This document shows, piece after piece, positions 33,614 to 41,956 of a DNA stretch of 64,000 nucleotides. Position numbers and translations under genes: made by a program. The first letter of the stretch is position 1. Every line of letters begins with the position of its first letter. Source of the stretch: Candidatus Latescibacterota bacterium (GTDB taxonomy: Bacteria; Latescibacterota; UBA2968; GCA-2709665); the NCBI GenBank assembly GCA_965208835.1, contig OZ242358.1:1536001-1600000 (forward strand), read 5' to 3'. The notes under the pieces are model-generated. The model was not told where the DNA came from and did no database searches. It saw only the letters and a list, made by a program, of their open reading frames with translations.

Positions 33614-34771
33614 TCATCGCTCCACCAGTGAGATTCTCTTGTTATACCAGTTCATAAACGCGGATATCGACAGTGAGATGGAAAGATAAATGGCCAGCAC
33701 AATGGACATGCATTCCAATGCGCGGCCGGTCTGGTTGAGCGAAATGCCGCCAATCGTCGCGACGATATCCATATATCCCACGGCGATGGCAAGTGATGAA
33801 TTCTTCGTCAAATTGAGATACTGGCTGATCAGGGGCGGGACGATGATCCGCAGCGCTTGCGGCAATATGATCAGCCGCATGGTGAAATTCGGTTTAATGC
33901 CCAACGCGTAAGCGGCTTCGGTCTGGCCGTAACTGACGGCCAGAATGCCCGCTCTGACAATTTCAGCGATGAAAGCACCCGTATAAACCCCGAGCGCAAG
34001 TGTCAATGCGAGAAACTCCGGACTCAGGACCAATCCGCCTTGAAAGTTGAACCTTTTAAACGCGGGAAGTTCGAATTCAACCGGGAACCCGAGAAGCCAG
34101 AACGCCAGCAGCGGAAGCGCAATGGTCATCGAGACGTTCGTCCAGTACACCGGATACTGTTGTCCGGTCAGTTCCTGTTTGCGTTTCGCGAACCGGTAAA
34201 AGTAACAGGCGCCGCCAATCGCAACAATCAGCGCCGCGATGACACCCCAGAATTCAGGTTCGAATATTGGTTTCGGCGAATAGACACCGCGATTCGTCAG
34301 AAAAAACACATCGACCGCGGACAAAGCCTGCCTGGGGTGAGGCAGGTTGTGAACAACCACCCCATGGCACAATAATATCCACAGCAGAACCGGAACATTG
34401 CGGCTGAATTCAACGAATAAATACGAAATCCTGTTGACCAGGAAATTTGAGGACAGTCGCGCAACACCCGCGGTAAATCCAATCAGGGTCGCGAGTATGA
34501 TACCAAAAAACGCGACCAGAGCCGTATTGATCACGCCGACAATGGTCGCTCGAAGATGCGTGCTGCGCGAATCGTATTCGATCAGATGTTGATTGATGTC
34601 GTAGTTGGATGGCGTGAAAAGAAATGCGTAATCGACGTCTCTGCCAATCCGTTCGAGATTGTCGAGCGCATTGCGAACGAAAAAACCGAGCAGCGACAGT
34701 ACGACGACGATCGCAACGATCTGAATGATCAGTTGCCGGGACTTTTTTTCACGCCAGAGGTTTCCCAGCAT
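33614..34771 (-). CDS. aapQ: Amino acid ABC transporter permease
   Basis: RNVP, AFIAEIVRAGI, GQTEAA, YLNLTKNSSLA. Confidence 0.9.
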   Translation of the reverse strand: MLGNLWREKKSRQLIIQIVAIVVVLSLLGFFVRNALDNLERIGRDVDYAFLFTPSNYDINQHLIEYDSRSTHLRATIVGVINTALVAFFGIILATLIGFTAGVARLSSNFLVNRISYLFVEFSRNVPVLLWILLCHGVVVHNLPHPRQALSAVDVFFLTNRGVYSPKPIFEPEFWGVIAALIVAIGGACYFYRFAKRKQELTGQQYPVYWTNVSMTIALPLLAFWLLGFPVEFELPAFKRFNFQGGLVLSPEFLALTLALGVYTGAFIAEIVRAGILAVSYGQTEAAYALGIKPNFTMRLIILPQALRIIVPPLISQYLNLTKNSSLAIAVGYMDIVATIGGISLNQTGRALECMSIVLAIYLSISLSISAFMNWYNKRISLVER

Positions 34772-34866
34772 AACTCACACGGAAATACAGTCTATGAATT
34801 GTCTCGCTGCAGGGCTTGAACTGTGCTGGCGCATGCAGATTGCATGCACCAGCTGCATAAGTTAAT

Positions 34867-35892
34867 TTACCGGTAAGGGGGAGCGTATAACAGGCCGCCA
34901 TCGGTCCACAGCGCATTGACGCCTCTCTCAAGTCCGATGTCGGTGTTCACGCCGAGGTATCGTTCGAATATCTGGCCGTAGTTGCCAACCGAGGAAATGA
35001 CGTCGACAACCCAGTCCGCACCCAATCCGAGCATTGCCCCGTACTCGCCTTCAGAACCGAGCATTCTGCTGATTTCAGCGTCTTTGCTCACCTGACCGGC
35101 CATTTCAGCGACATTGTCTGAGGTGATCCCCTTTTCTTCGGCGATGATCAGGACGTTCAGTACCCAGCGAACCACGTCGCCCCATTCATCGTCGCCGTGT
35201 CGAACGAGCGGCCCGAGGGGTTCTTTGGATATGATTTCCGGCAGGACGACGTGGTCATCCGGATTGTCCAGTGCTGCGCGAGTTGCGGCAAGTCCCGAAC
35301 GGTCTGTCGTATAGACGTCGCAACGTCCACCAAGGTAATTCTGACGCGCTTCTTCATTCGATTCAATTGGAACAGGCTCGTATTTCATCTCGTTGCGACG
35401 GAAATAATCGGCCAGATTCAGTTCCGTAGTCGTACCGGTCTGAATACACACGGAAGCGCCGTCGAGTTCGGTTGCGCTGGACACGCCCAACGAAGCGGGA
35501 ACCATAAAGCCCTGTCCGTCGTAGAAACTCACTCCCAGAAAAGTCAGCTTCAGATCAACGTCACGACTGTAAGTCCACGTCGTGTTTCTGGAAAGTATGT
35601 CGATTTCACCGGCCTTGAGTGCCTCAAAGCGGGTCTTTCCGGTCAAGGTCGTGTATTTGACTTTCGATGCATCGCCAAACACCGCTGCTGCAACACCTTC
35701 ACATAGAGCGACGTCAAATCCTCTCCAGTTACCCTGATCGTCGGTAAAGGCAAAGCCCGCCAACCCTGTATTGATGCCGCATTGAAGGTGTCCTCGCGCC
35801 CGTACGTCGTCAAGCGTGCCGGCATGACTGAGCCCGGTAATTGCAAATCCGGCCAGAGCAAGGACAAGCGAACGAATTTGGATCCGTTTCAT
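34867..35892 (-). CDS. aapJ: General L-amino acid ABC transporter substrate-binding protein
   Basis: Signal peptide, SRNTTWT, YDGQGFMV, GTTTELNL, ISKEPLGP, YAPP. Confidence 0.9.
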   Translation of the reverse strand: MKRIQIRSLVLALAGFAITGLSHAGTLDDVRARGHLQCGINTGLAGFAFTDDQGNWRGFDVALCEGVAAAVFGDASKVKYTTLTGKTRFEALKAGEIDILSRNTTWTYSRDVDLKLTFLGVSFYDGQGFMVPASLGVSSATELDGASVCIQTGTTTELNLADYFRRNEMKYEPVPIESNEEARQNYLGGRCDVYTTDRSGLAATRAALDNPDDHVVLPEIISKEPLGPLVRHGDDEWGDVVRWVLNVLIIAEEKGITSDNVAEMAGQVSKDAEISRMLGSEGEYGAMLGLGADWVVDVISSVGNYGQIFERYLGVNTDIGLERGVNALWTDGGLLYAPPYR

Positions 35893-36071
35893 CGACAATC
35901 TCCTCATTGGAGGTTAGTTGCTATAAACCCGCAGACCACCGAATTGCAGCGAGTGTGTTCCAAATATTATACGAAGGCCGATCATCTTTCCCAAGAGGTT
36001 GTTTCAGCAACCGTGCTGTCGTTCAGGAAACTCGGCGGACGCCGGATCGACCGCCGTAAGAGAGAGACAAT

Positions 36072-37436
36072 ATGAAACGCGAGCATATCTTCGCCCACTA
36101 TGAACAGGACGCGACGCGGTACTGGAAGCTGAGGGAGGGCGGGTACGCCAGCCCCATGAGTGTTTTTCAGGGTGAGGAGGTCACATTTCACATCTCGAAT
36201 TCCAGATCGTACTATGACGTGTTCGTGTACCACGAAGGCGCCGGACGGCGTCTCGTCAAGGAGATCACCAACCTGCGAGGCGCGCTTCCGCCGATACCCG
36301 AGTTCGGATACCGCGACGGATTCGACTGGCCCGCGACGGTGGGATTCCGGGTGCCTGTCGACTGGAAGAGCGGCGTCTATATCGCCAGTTTTCCCACCGC
36401 CCAGGGCATCCGCGAGATCCTGTTCGTTGTTCGTCCGCGGGTTCCTGCCGCGCCGGTCCTTCTCACGATAGAAACAAACACCTACGCCGCGTACAACCCC
36501 GTGGGCGGCAAGAGCCTTTTTCACTACCTGTCGACCGATCGGACCCACAGCGACCTGGTGACGTTCGAGCGGCCGCTGCAGCCGGACATTATGGGCGGAT
36601 TCTACGCCTGGGACCAGTTCATCACCTCGTGGCTGGACGCGGAGGGTTATCCGGTGGACTACTGTGTCAACGCGGACCACGACCGGGAACAGGAGCTTCT
36701 CGACAACTACCCCGCACATCTCAGGATCGGCCATGGAGAGTATACCAGCCGCGAAGAATGCGAACAGCTTCAGCGCTTCGTGGCCGGCGGCGGGAACCTG
36801 ATCGTGCTGGCGGGCAACTCCTTCTCACACCTGGTGGAGACACGGGACAACGGACGTCAGCTCCATTGCGCCAAGACCCGGTACAAGAAGCATCCGCTGG
36901 GCACGCCAGAGGATCCGCATACTTCCCTGCTCCGCGGCATCGACAACCTTCGTCAGCGTACCATCGGGGTTTCATACACGGCCGCCGTCCACGCGAAGAC
37001 CAGGACGCCCGGCGTGTTCATTGCGCCTACATCCGAAGAATACGGATTCTTCCGCGTGAGCCGGCCGGATCACTGGGCGTTCGAGGGTACCGGATTGGCA
37101 GAAGGGGACGAGTTCGGGCGCGAGGACTCGATCGTGGGCGTGGAATGCGACGGCGGCGACATCGCGTTCAGAGACGGCAAGCCCTTTTTCACGGGCGGCG
37201 ACGGCATCAGCCCGCACTACCGAATCATCGCAATCGGAGACGCCGAGGACCACGGATTCAACGCGGACCTCGGCATTCACTACGACCGGTTCTACGCCAC
37301 CATCGCCGTGAACGAGACGGAGTTCAAGGGTACGGTCTTCACCGCGGCAACCATGGAATGGTCGCACGGACTGTACAGGAATGACGGTCCGGTGGCGCGG
37401 ATCACCCGCAACGTCCTGGATCGTCTCGGGCGGTAG
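36072..37436 (+). CDS. N,N-dimethylformamidase beta-subunit-family protein
   Basis: WKSGVY, TYAAYNPVGGKSL, VTFERP, GHGEY, VGVECD, VFTAAT.EW motifs. Confidence 0.7.
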   Translation: MKREHIFAHYEQDATRYWKLREGGYASPMSVFQGEEVTFHISNSRSYYDVFVYHEGAGRRLVKEITNLRGALPPIPEFGYRDGFDWPATVGFRVPVDWKSGVYIASFPTAQGIREILFVVRPRVPAAPVLLTIETNTYAAYNPVGGKSLFHYLSTDRTHSDLVTFERPLQPDIMGGFYAWDQFITSWLDAEGYPVDYCVNADHDREQELLDNYPAHLRIGHGEYTSREECEQLQRFVAGGGNLIVLAGNSFSHLVETRDNGRQLHCAKTRYKKHPLGTPEDPHTSLLRGIDNLRQRTIGVSYTAAVHAKTRTPGVFIAPTSEEYGFFRVSRPDHWAFEGTGLAEGDEFGREDSIVGVECDGGDIAFRDGKPFFTGGDGISPHYRIIAIGDAEDHGFNADLGIHYDRFYATIAVNETEFKGTVFTAATMEWSHGLYRNDGPVARITRNVLDRLGR

Positions 37437-37512
37437 GACGAGTATCCTCACACGAACGCCCTGCGACAGGTGGCAATCTACGCGCTATCACGACGTGATC
37501 AACCAGAATCCG

Positions 37513-37662
37513 GAGCGAGGGCATCCTGCCCTCGAACTTCGAGCAACCCACGAGTTTCCGCATCAAGGGCCAATCGCTTCCGTTCCATCCGAAACGACAT
37601 CTGGAATGACAGCGCCAGGGCCTGGCGAATTTCCATCGAGGGCAGGATGCCCTCGCTCCCGG
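37513..37662. repeat. REP-like inverted repeat pair
   Basis: GAGCGAGGGCATCCTGCCCTCG ... CGAGGGCAGGATGCCCTCGCTC. Confidence 0.7.
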
Positions 37663-37897
37663 GAGAGGCGACTCTGACATTTGCTCCTGTCAACACCGGT
37701 TTTGTCTTTGACAAAAGCACCGGCTTTAAATTGGACATTGAAGACAGGATGGTGAGTGGATCAGGGTGGCACGACCTCGTAAGAATCTGGCAGTTGTTTT
37801 TGGACGAAGGCAAACAAGATCCTTGAACGGGTAGGTGATTGCTCAACGAGCTCGGCCCTGGGAAACGGGTGGAATTGAAGGGCTGCCCGTAGATTCA

Positions 37898-37947
37898 AAC
37901 CTTGATTCGTAATTGTTCGGGGACGTAAAACCGAATAAATGCAAGTC
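37898..37947 (+). repeat. About 50-bp dispersed direct repeat, copy 2
   Basis: Aligns without gaps to 32066-32115. Confidence 0.6.
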
Positions 37948-37952
37948 CAATC

Positions 37953-38099
37953 CTAGGTTTCCAGTTGATGTTTTTCAACCCTTGCCCGCAACACGGTTAA
38001 CTCGTCACCGATCCTGTTCAATGTCTTGCTGATATACAGTAGTTGCAGCAGGATGAAGAACAGAAACATCCCGTTAATCACCAGAAACGCAGTGTTCAT
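37953..38099 (-). CDS. Small single-TM plus coiled-coil hypothetical protein (48 aa)
   Basis: GGAGG RBS; MNTAFLVINGMFLFFILLQLLYISKTL.. Confidence 0.55.
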   Translation of the reverse strand: MNTAFLVINGMFLFFILLQLLYISKTLNRIGDELTVLRARVEKHQLET

Positions 38100-38716
38100 G
38101 TAACCTCCGTTCAAGAGTGCGGACAATACCGGCATAGTTTAGGGCGCGAGCGTAGAATCGTTGCTTCTTCCCACGCCAGGTGATACTTCCCAAGCGGCGC
38201 CTTCCTGACCGTGCCCTGATATGTTTCTTCATCCCACTCCAGGCGACCCACGTAAGGTCGGCGAGCGAGGGCACTTCGACAGGCCGTTTCGACAAGCTCA
38301 ACGCAAGCAGCGCAAGCAACGTAGCGAAATGGGATGAATCGGCGGTCGAATGGTGAGGGATTTTCGGGACAGGACACCAGATTTCAATATAGCGACAGAT
38401 CGTTGAATTAGCATTGATTTTATCGTCCGTAGTTTTGAATTTTTCGTGAAATTCGCCTATTTTCGACCTATTCTGAGGCGGCTTTTCACGAACCTCGAGG
38501 ATTCCTGCCGTTTTTTTCCATCCATCAGACATTCATCTGGCATCGGAATTCCGGAACAGGCTCCGATCAATTGCCTCCAAATAAGAGAAATATAACCCAC
38601 CCTTTGCCAACTATGCTTTCGGCTTCCAGGCACTCACGTTTTCGCAGCAATTGTGGAAAGCAATTTCGACCATGATCACAATGCCGTTGACGCCGGTCCT
38701 GTCATGATGATCCCGG

Positions 38717-38762
38717 TTCAAAAAAAACAGCAGCGCGTCACCGCGCTGCTGTTTTTTTGAAA
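38717..38762. terminator. Bidirectional intrinsic terminator closing the peptide-export island
   Basis: A-run-CAGCAGCGCG-tcac-CGCGCTGCTG-T-run. Confidence 0.85.
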
Positions 38763-38883
38763 TGAGGCTGATTGCCTATAGCGATTTCATGATGGTTATC
38801 ACTGTATTGTGGAATCCGTGGACAATGGCAGTGACCCAATTGGACCAATCAGCCCTTGGACTCTGTCGCCCAGGGGCTGTTTT

Positions 38884-39099
38884 TTAAGAATAATGCTTGT
38901 GAACTGTCTTCGGTAACCCGTGTTTCCTGCGAGGATTCATACAATCTTCCTTCTCGCAGAGCAGACCGGGTCGGCCCGGCTTGTAAGTTCCATCTCGACA
39001 CCTGTGGAACACGCACGCGTCCTTATCGTCGTAACTGCAATCAATACAGATGACCCGAAGCAAATATCGACAGCACCACCACTTGAATAGAGAATTCAT
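38884..39099 (-). CDS. Cys-rich small ORF (71 aa, 8 Cys), possibly a degraded longer gene
   Basis: Strong AAAGGAGGT RBS; frame reopens after TAA for 35 codons to a TAG at 38776, just before the terminator. Confidence 0.45.
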   Translation of the reverse strand: MNSLFKWWCCRYLLRVICIDCSYDDKDACVFHRCRDGTYKPGRPGLLCEKEDCMNPRRKHGLPKTVHKHYS

Positions 39100-39285
39100 T
39101 TGATACCTCCTTTGTCCGGGTTGTCTATTACATTAAGCCAGTCGACAGACGTTGTCAATGACGATCCCGGAACTTCCTCCGCATTCGTCCTCACCAAAGC
39201 CGTTTCCCGGTATAGACTTCGTGGAGCACCCGAGAGTCCGGCTTTTTGAGCTTGCGGTCCCTGAGCACAGACAATGCAAGCATAC

Positions 39286-39501
39286 TCAGCGTCCCCGTTT
39301 GGGCGGGTTCTTCTTTGTCCGGCCGCCCTCGTCTCTTCTTTTTCTATCCCTCAGGATGTCGTCTGCGGACACTTTTGCATCGCGTTTTTCGATGACCCCC
39401 TCTTCCTCGTCGTCGCCTTCCTCGAACGTCTTTTCGTCATTGTCGTCGTCCTTGCGTTCCACGACTTCCTGGATCATTTCGAGTGCGACTTTGTATTGCA
39501 T
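39286..39501 (-). CDS. Small bipolar acidic/basic peptide (71 aa)
   Basis: GGAGG RBS; D/E-rich N-terminal half, K/R-rich C-terminal half. Confidence 0.55.
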   Translation of the reverse strand: MQYKVALEMIQEVVERKDDDNDEKTFEEGDDEEEGVIEKRDAKVSADDILRDRKRRDEGGRTKKNPPKRGR

Positions 39502-39766
39502 AACCGCCTCCAAAATAGAGAAACAAAACTCGCCCTTTGTCAACAATAATGATACCCTTTTGTAGTTCGCGTTTCTACGGCAATTTCGGACAGAAATTGC
39601 AACCATGAGCAAAGCGTCATTGACCCCGGTCCTGCCGCCAGGTCCGAGCATCAGATGTCAATGATCGCATCTATGCGTCCGGTGCAGGCTCGGCCAGATC
39701 CGGCCACCTGAAATACGATTGAAGTTTCGGACTATCCGGCGACATTTCATAGTGATATCGGTATCT

Positions 39767-40540
39767 TCAATGACTGTCTCTAAACGGAAATGCAATTTTT
39801 GCGACTCCCATTTCGCGCTCCAGCCAACTCTCGAAGATGATATCGCGAATCTCATTTCGAACGGCCTCCGAGAGAGTTGCGCGATGAACGTCCTGAACCA
39901 AGTACAGGCCGTATCCGTTTTCAACCCTTACCGGTCCCACGATAGTTCCCGGCGACGCCGCAAATAGCAGCGGAGAAACGCCTACGGGCAATTGAGAACG
40001 CCGTACGCGTCCCACGAAACCACAAGCCAAACGTGTTTCCGGATCGTTCGAGTATCGCAATGCGAACCCGTAGAAATCCCGCGACTCCTCGGTCATCTGG
40101 ATTGCGAGTTCCTCGGCAACGGCTTCATCCGCCACCAAGATCCAATATACTTCCGCTTCATCGAAATCCAGAGTGTGTTCGGCAAAATAAGGCTTGATGC
40201 GCCCTTTCGTCACTCGCTCGGCGAGCGCACAACATAGCAGCTGGTGTTCGACTATTGAAGCCACATCATAAAGTGCCACTCCACGTGCTGCTAGCCACGC
40301 ATCTGTATCCTCGACGCGTTCCAATTGATGTATATATCGCCACTCATTTACCTCGGCCTGCAATGTGTCATGGTCAATGCGCACGCCTTCGCGCTCTGCC
40401 AATTGTCCGATTAAGTGTCTTCGGGCGCAACCTTTGAACAGATCCAGGGCGTCTAGAGCGGCCAACTCACGAATCAACCCGGAAAAGGAAATGACTTCGT
40501 CGTTCACAACAACTACGGCCGGGTCTGAGTAATCGGCCAT
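39767..40540 (-). CDS. PpiC/rotamase-type peptidyl-prolyl isomerase associated with type I peptide export
   Basis: F..FALRYS.D..T...CGFVG..RRSQLP..LFAA.PG.IVGPV; ATG abuts the HlyD stop. Confidence 0.85.
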   Translation of the reverse strand: MADYSDPAVVVVNDEVISFSGLIRELAALDALDLFKGCARRHLIGQLAEREGVRIDHDTLQAEVNEWRYIHQLERVEDTDAWLAARGVALYDVASIVEHQLLCCALAERVTKGRIKPYFAEHTLDFDEAEVYWILVADEAVAEELAIQMTEESRDFYGFALRYSNDPETRLACGFVGRVRRSQLPVGVSPLLFAASPGTIVGPVRVENGYGLYLVQDVHRATLSEAVRNEIRDIIFESWLEREMGVAKIAFPFRDSH

Positions 40541-41956
40541 CTAATCCTCCTCCTGGGAGGAGAAGCCTTCAGACTCACGAAATCGCCGTAAAGGCCGCAA
40601 CAATATATCCAGCACTGTCTTGCGGTCTGTCACTATCTCTGCACTCCCCTTCATGCCATACATCAGCCGCTTGGACTTCCCGTTGACGTAAGTCGTGGAT
40701 TCTTCCAACTCTACAATACCGCGAAATACCGGCCCAAGAGTAGGTTCGTCAGTCGCGTCGGGCACCACCTTGAGTAGCTTTCCCCGCTTGATTCCATATC
40801 GGTCAAATGGAAACGAATCGTATTTCAAGCGTACCACCTGCCCGGGTCGTATGCGCCCGACGTCATTTCCTGAAATCAGCGCTTCAGCTACTATTGGCAC
40901 GTTTGCGGCTGCAAGTTTGGCCAGTGTTTGTCCCTTGGACACCACCTGTCCTAACGTGTTCACAAAAACCCGCGTAATTACCCCCGCCTCGGGCGCCAGA
41001 ATCAGGTCCAAATCGGATTCAAGCGCACGATCCACAGCCTGCCGCGCAGTTTGATAACGCAGCCTCGCCTCCTCGAATGCGTGACGGACCGCGGCGGCTT
41101 CTTGATTAAGGCGGATTTGCGCTTCCAGAATCTGGCGCTTCAAATCCTGGCCGGTTGTCTCCATGCGATGAATTTCGTCCATTCGGTTCGGCAATTCAGC
41201 TAGCGCGCTAAAGTATTGTACGCGAGCTTCATCCAGGGCCGAACGGCTGATAAGGCGATTCTCATAAAGCTTCCTGCTCGACTCATATCTCTGCCTCAGA
41301 TAATTGTGTTCTTCCGAATGAAAGAGAATCTCCGCCTCCAATTTCGTGCGTTCAGGGTTGTTGTTTGTGTCGTTCGATGATTTTTCAGAGTCAGCTCGAT
41401 AGGCATCCACGGCCTGTTCATGAGTCTTAGTCAAAGCTTGGATTATCTTCAATCTGGATTCCAGAGACTCAATCATCTCACGGGTTAAGTGCTGCTGTTT
41501 CGGTAGAGCTTGCTGGTAATCATATTCGGCCTTCAGGAATTGGACCTTAGCCTGCTCCAATTCTCGGAGTTCGACCAGTGTTTCCCGTGAGCGTAGTCTG
41601 AACAGCACCTGCCCTCCCTCGACTCGGTCGCCTTCAGTTACGCGGATCTGCTCGACTTCTCCCCCTCGAGGAGCTTGCACCGTATTCAACTGCCCGAGTG
41701 GGACCAATCGAAAAGGCGACTGTGAAACGACATCGACCTTAACTAGGCCTGCCCAGAGCAATGCCGATAACACGAAGAATACAACAATGTAAACCAGTGC
41801 CCGGGTGTACACTGGACGTAGTGAGCCGAAAAGCTCGGCTACGGCGCCAGACGGTTCGGTGTCTCCAACTAATTTTAGACCTGGATGGGGCAACTGTATC
41901 GGCCTACTTTCTGTGTTTGTGCAATTAGCACGTACGAATTCGACCGTTGCGTTCAC
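40541..41956 (-). CDS. HlyD-family membrane fusion protein
   Basis: N-terminal TM, VQAPRGGEV..VTEGDRV, coiled coil, FPFDRYG..G, GMKGSAEIVT. Confidence 0.9.
   Translation of the reverse strand: MNATVEFVRANCTNTESRPIQLPHPGLKLVGDTEPSGAVAELFGSLRPVYTRALVYIVVFFVLSALLWAGLVKVDVVSQSPFRLVPLGQLNTVQAPRGGEVEQIRVTEGDRVEGGQVLFRLRSRETLVELRELEQAKVQFLKAEYDYQQALPKQQHLTREMIESLESRLKIIQALTKTHEQAVDAYRADSEKSSNDTNNNPERTKLEAEILFHSEEHNYLRQRYESSRKLYENRLISRSALDEARVQYFSALAELPNRMDEIHRMETTGQDLKRQILEAQIRLNQEAAAVRHAFEEARLRYQTARQAVDRALESDLDLILAPEAGVITRVFVNTLGQVVSKGQTLAKLAAANVPIVAEALISGNDVGRIRPGQVVRLKYDSFPFDRYGIKRGKLLKVVPDATDEPTLGPVFRGIVELEESTTYVNGKSKRLMYGMKGSAEIVTDRKTVLDILLRPLRRFRESEGFSSQEED

Noticed and set aside
39658-39750. 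Short ORF MKCRRIVRNFNRISGG.. as a third GG-leader precursor
   Set aside because: No RBS and lacks the L-x3-E[LM] part of the leader motif; probably chance
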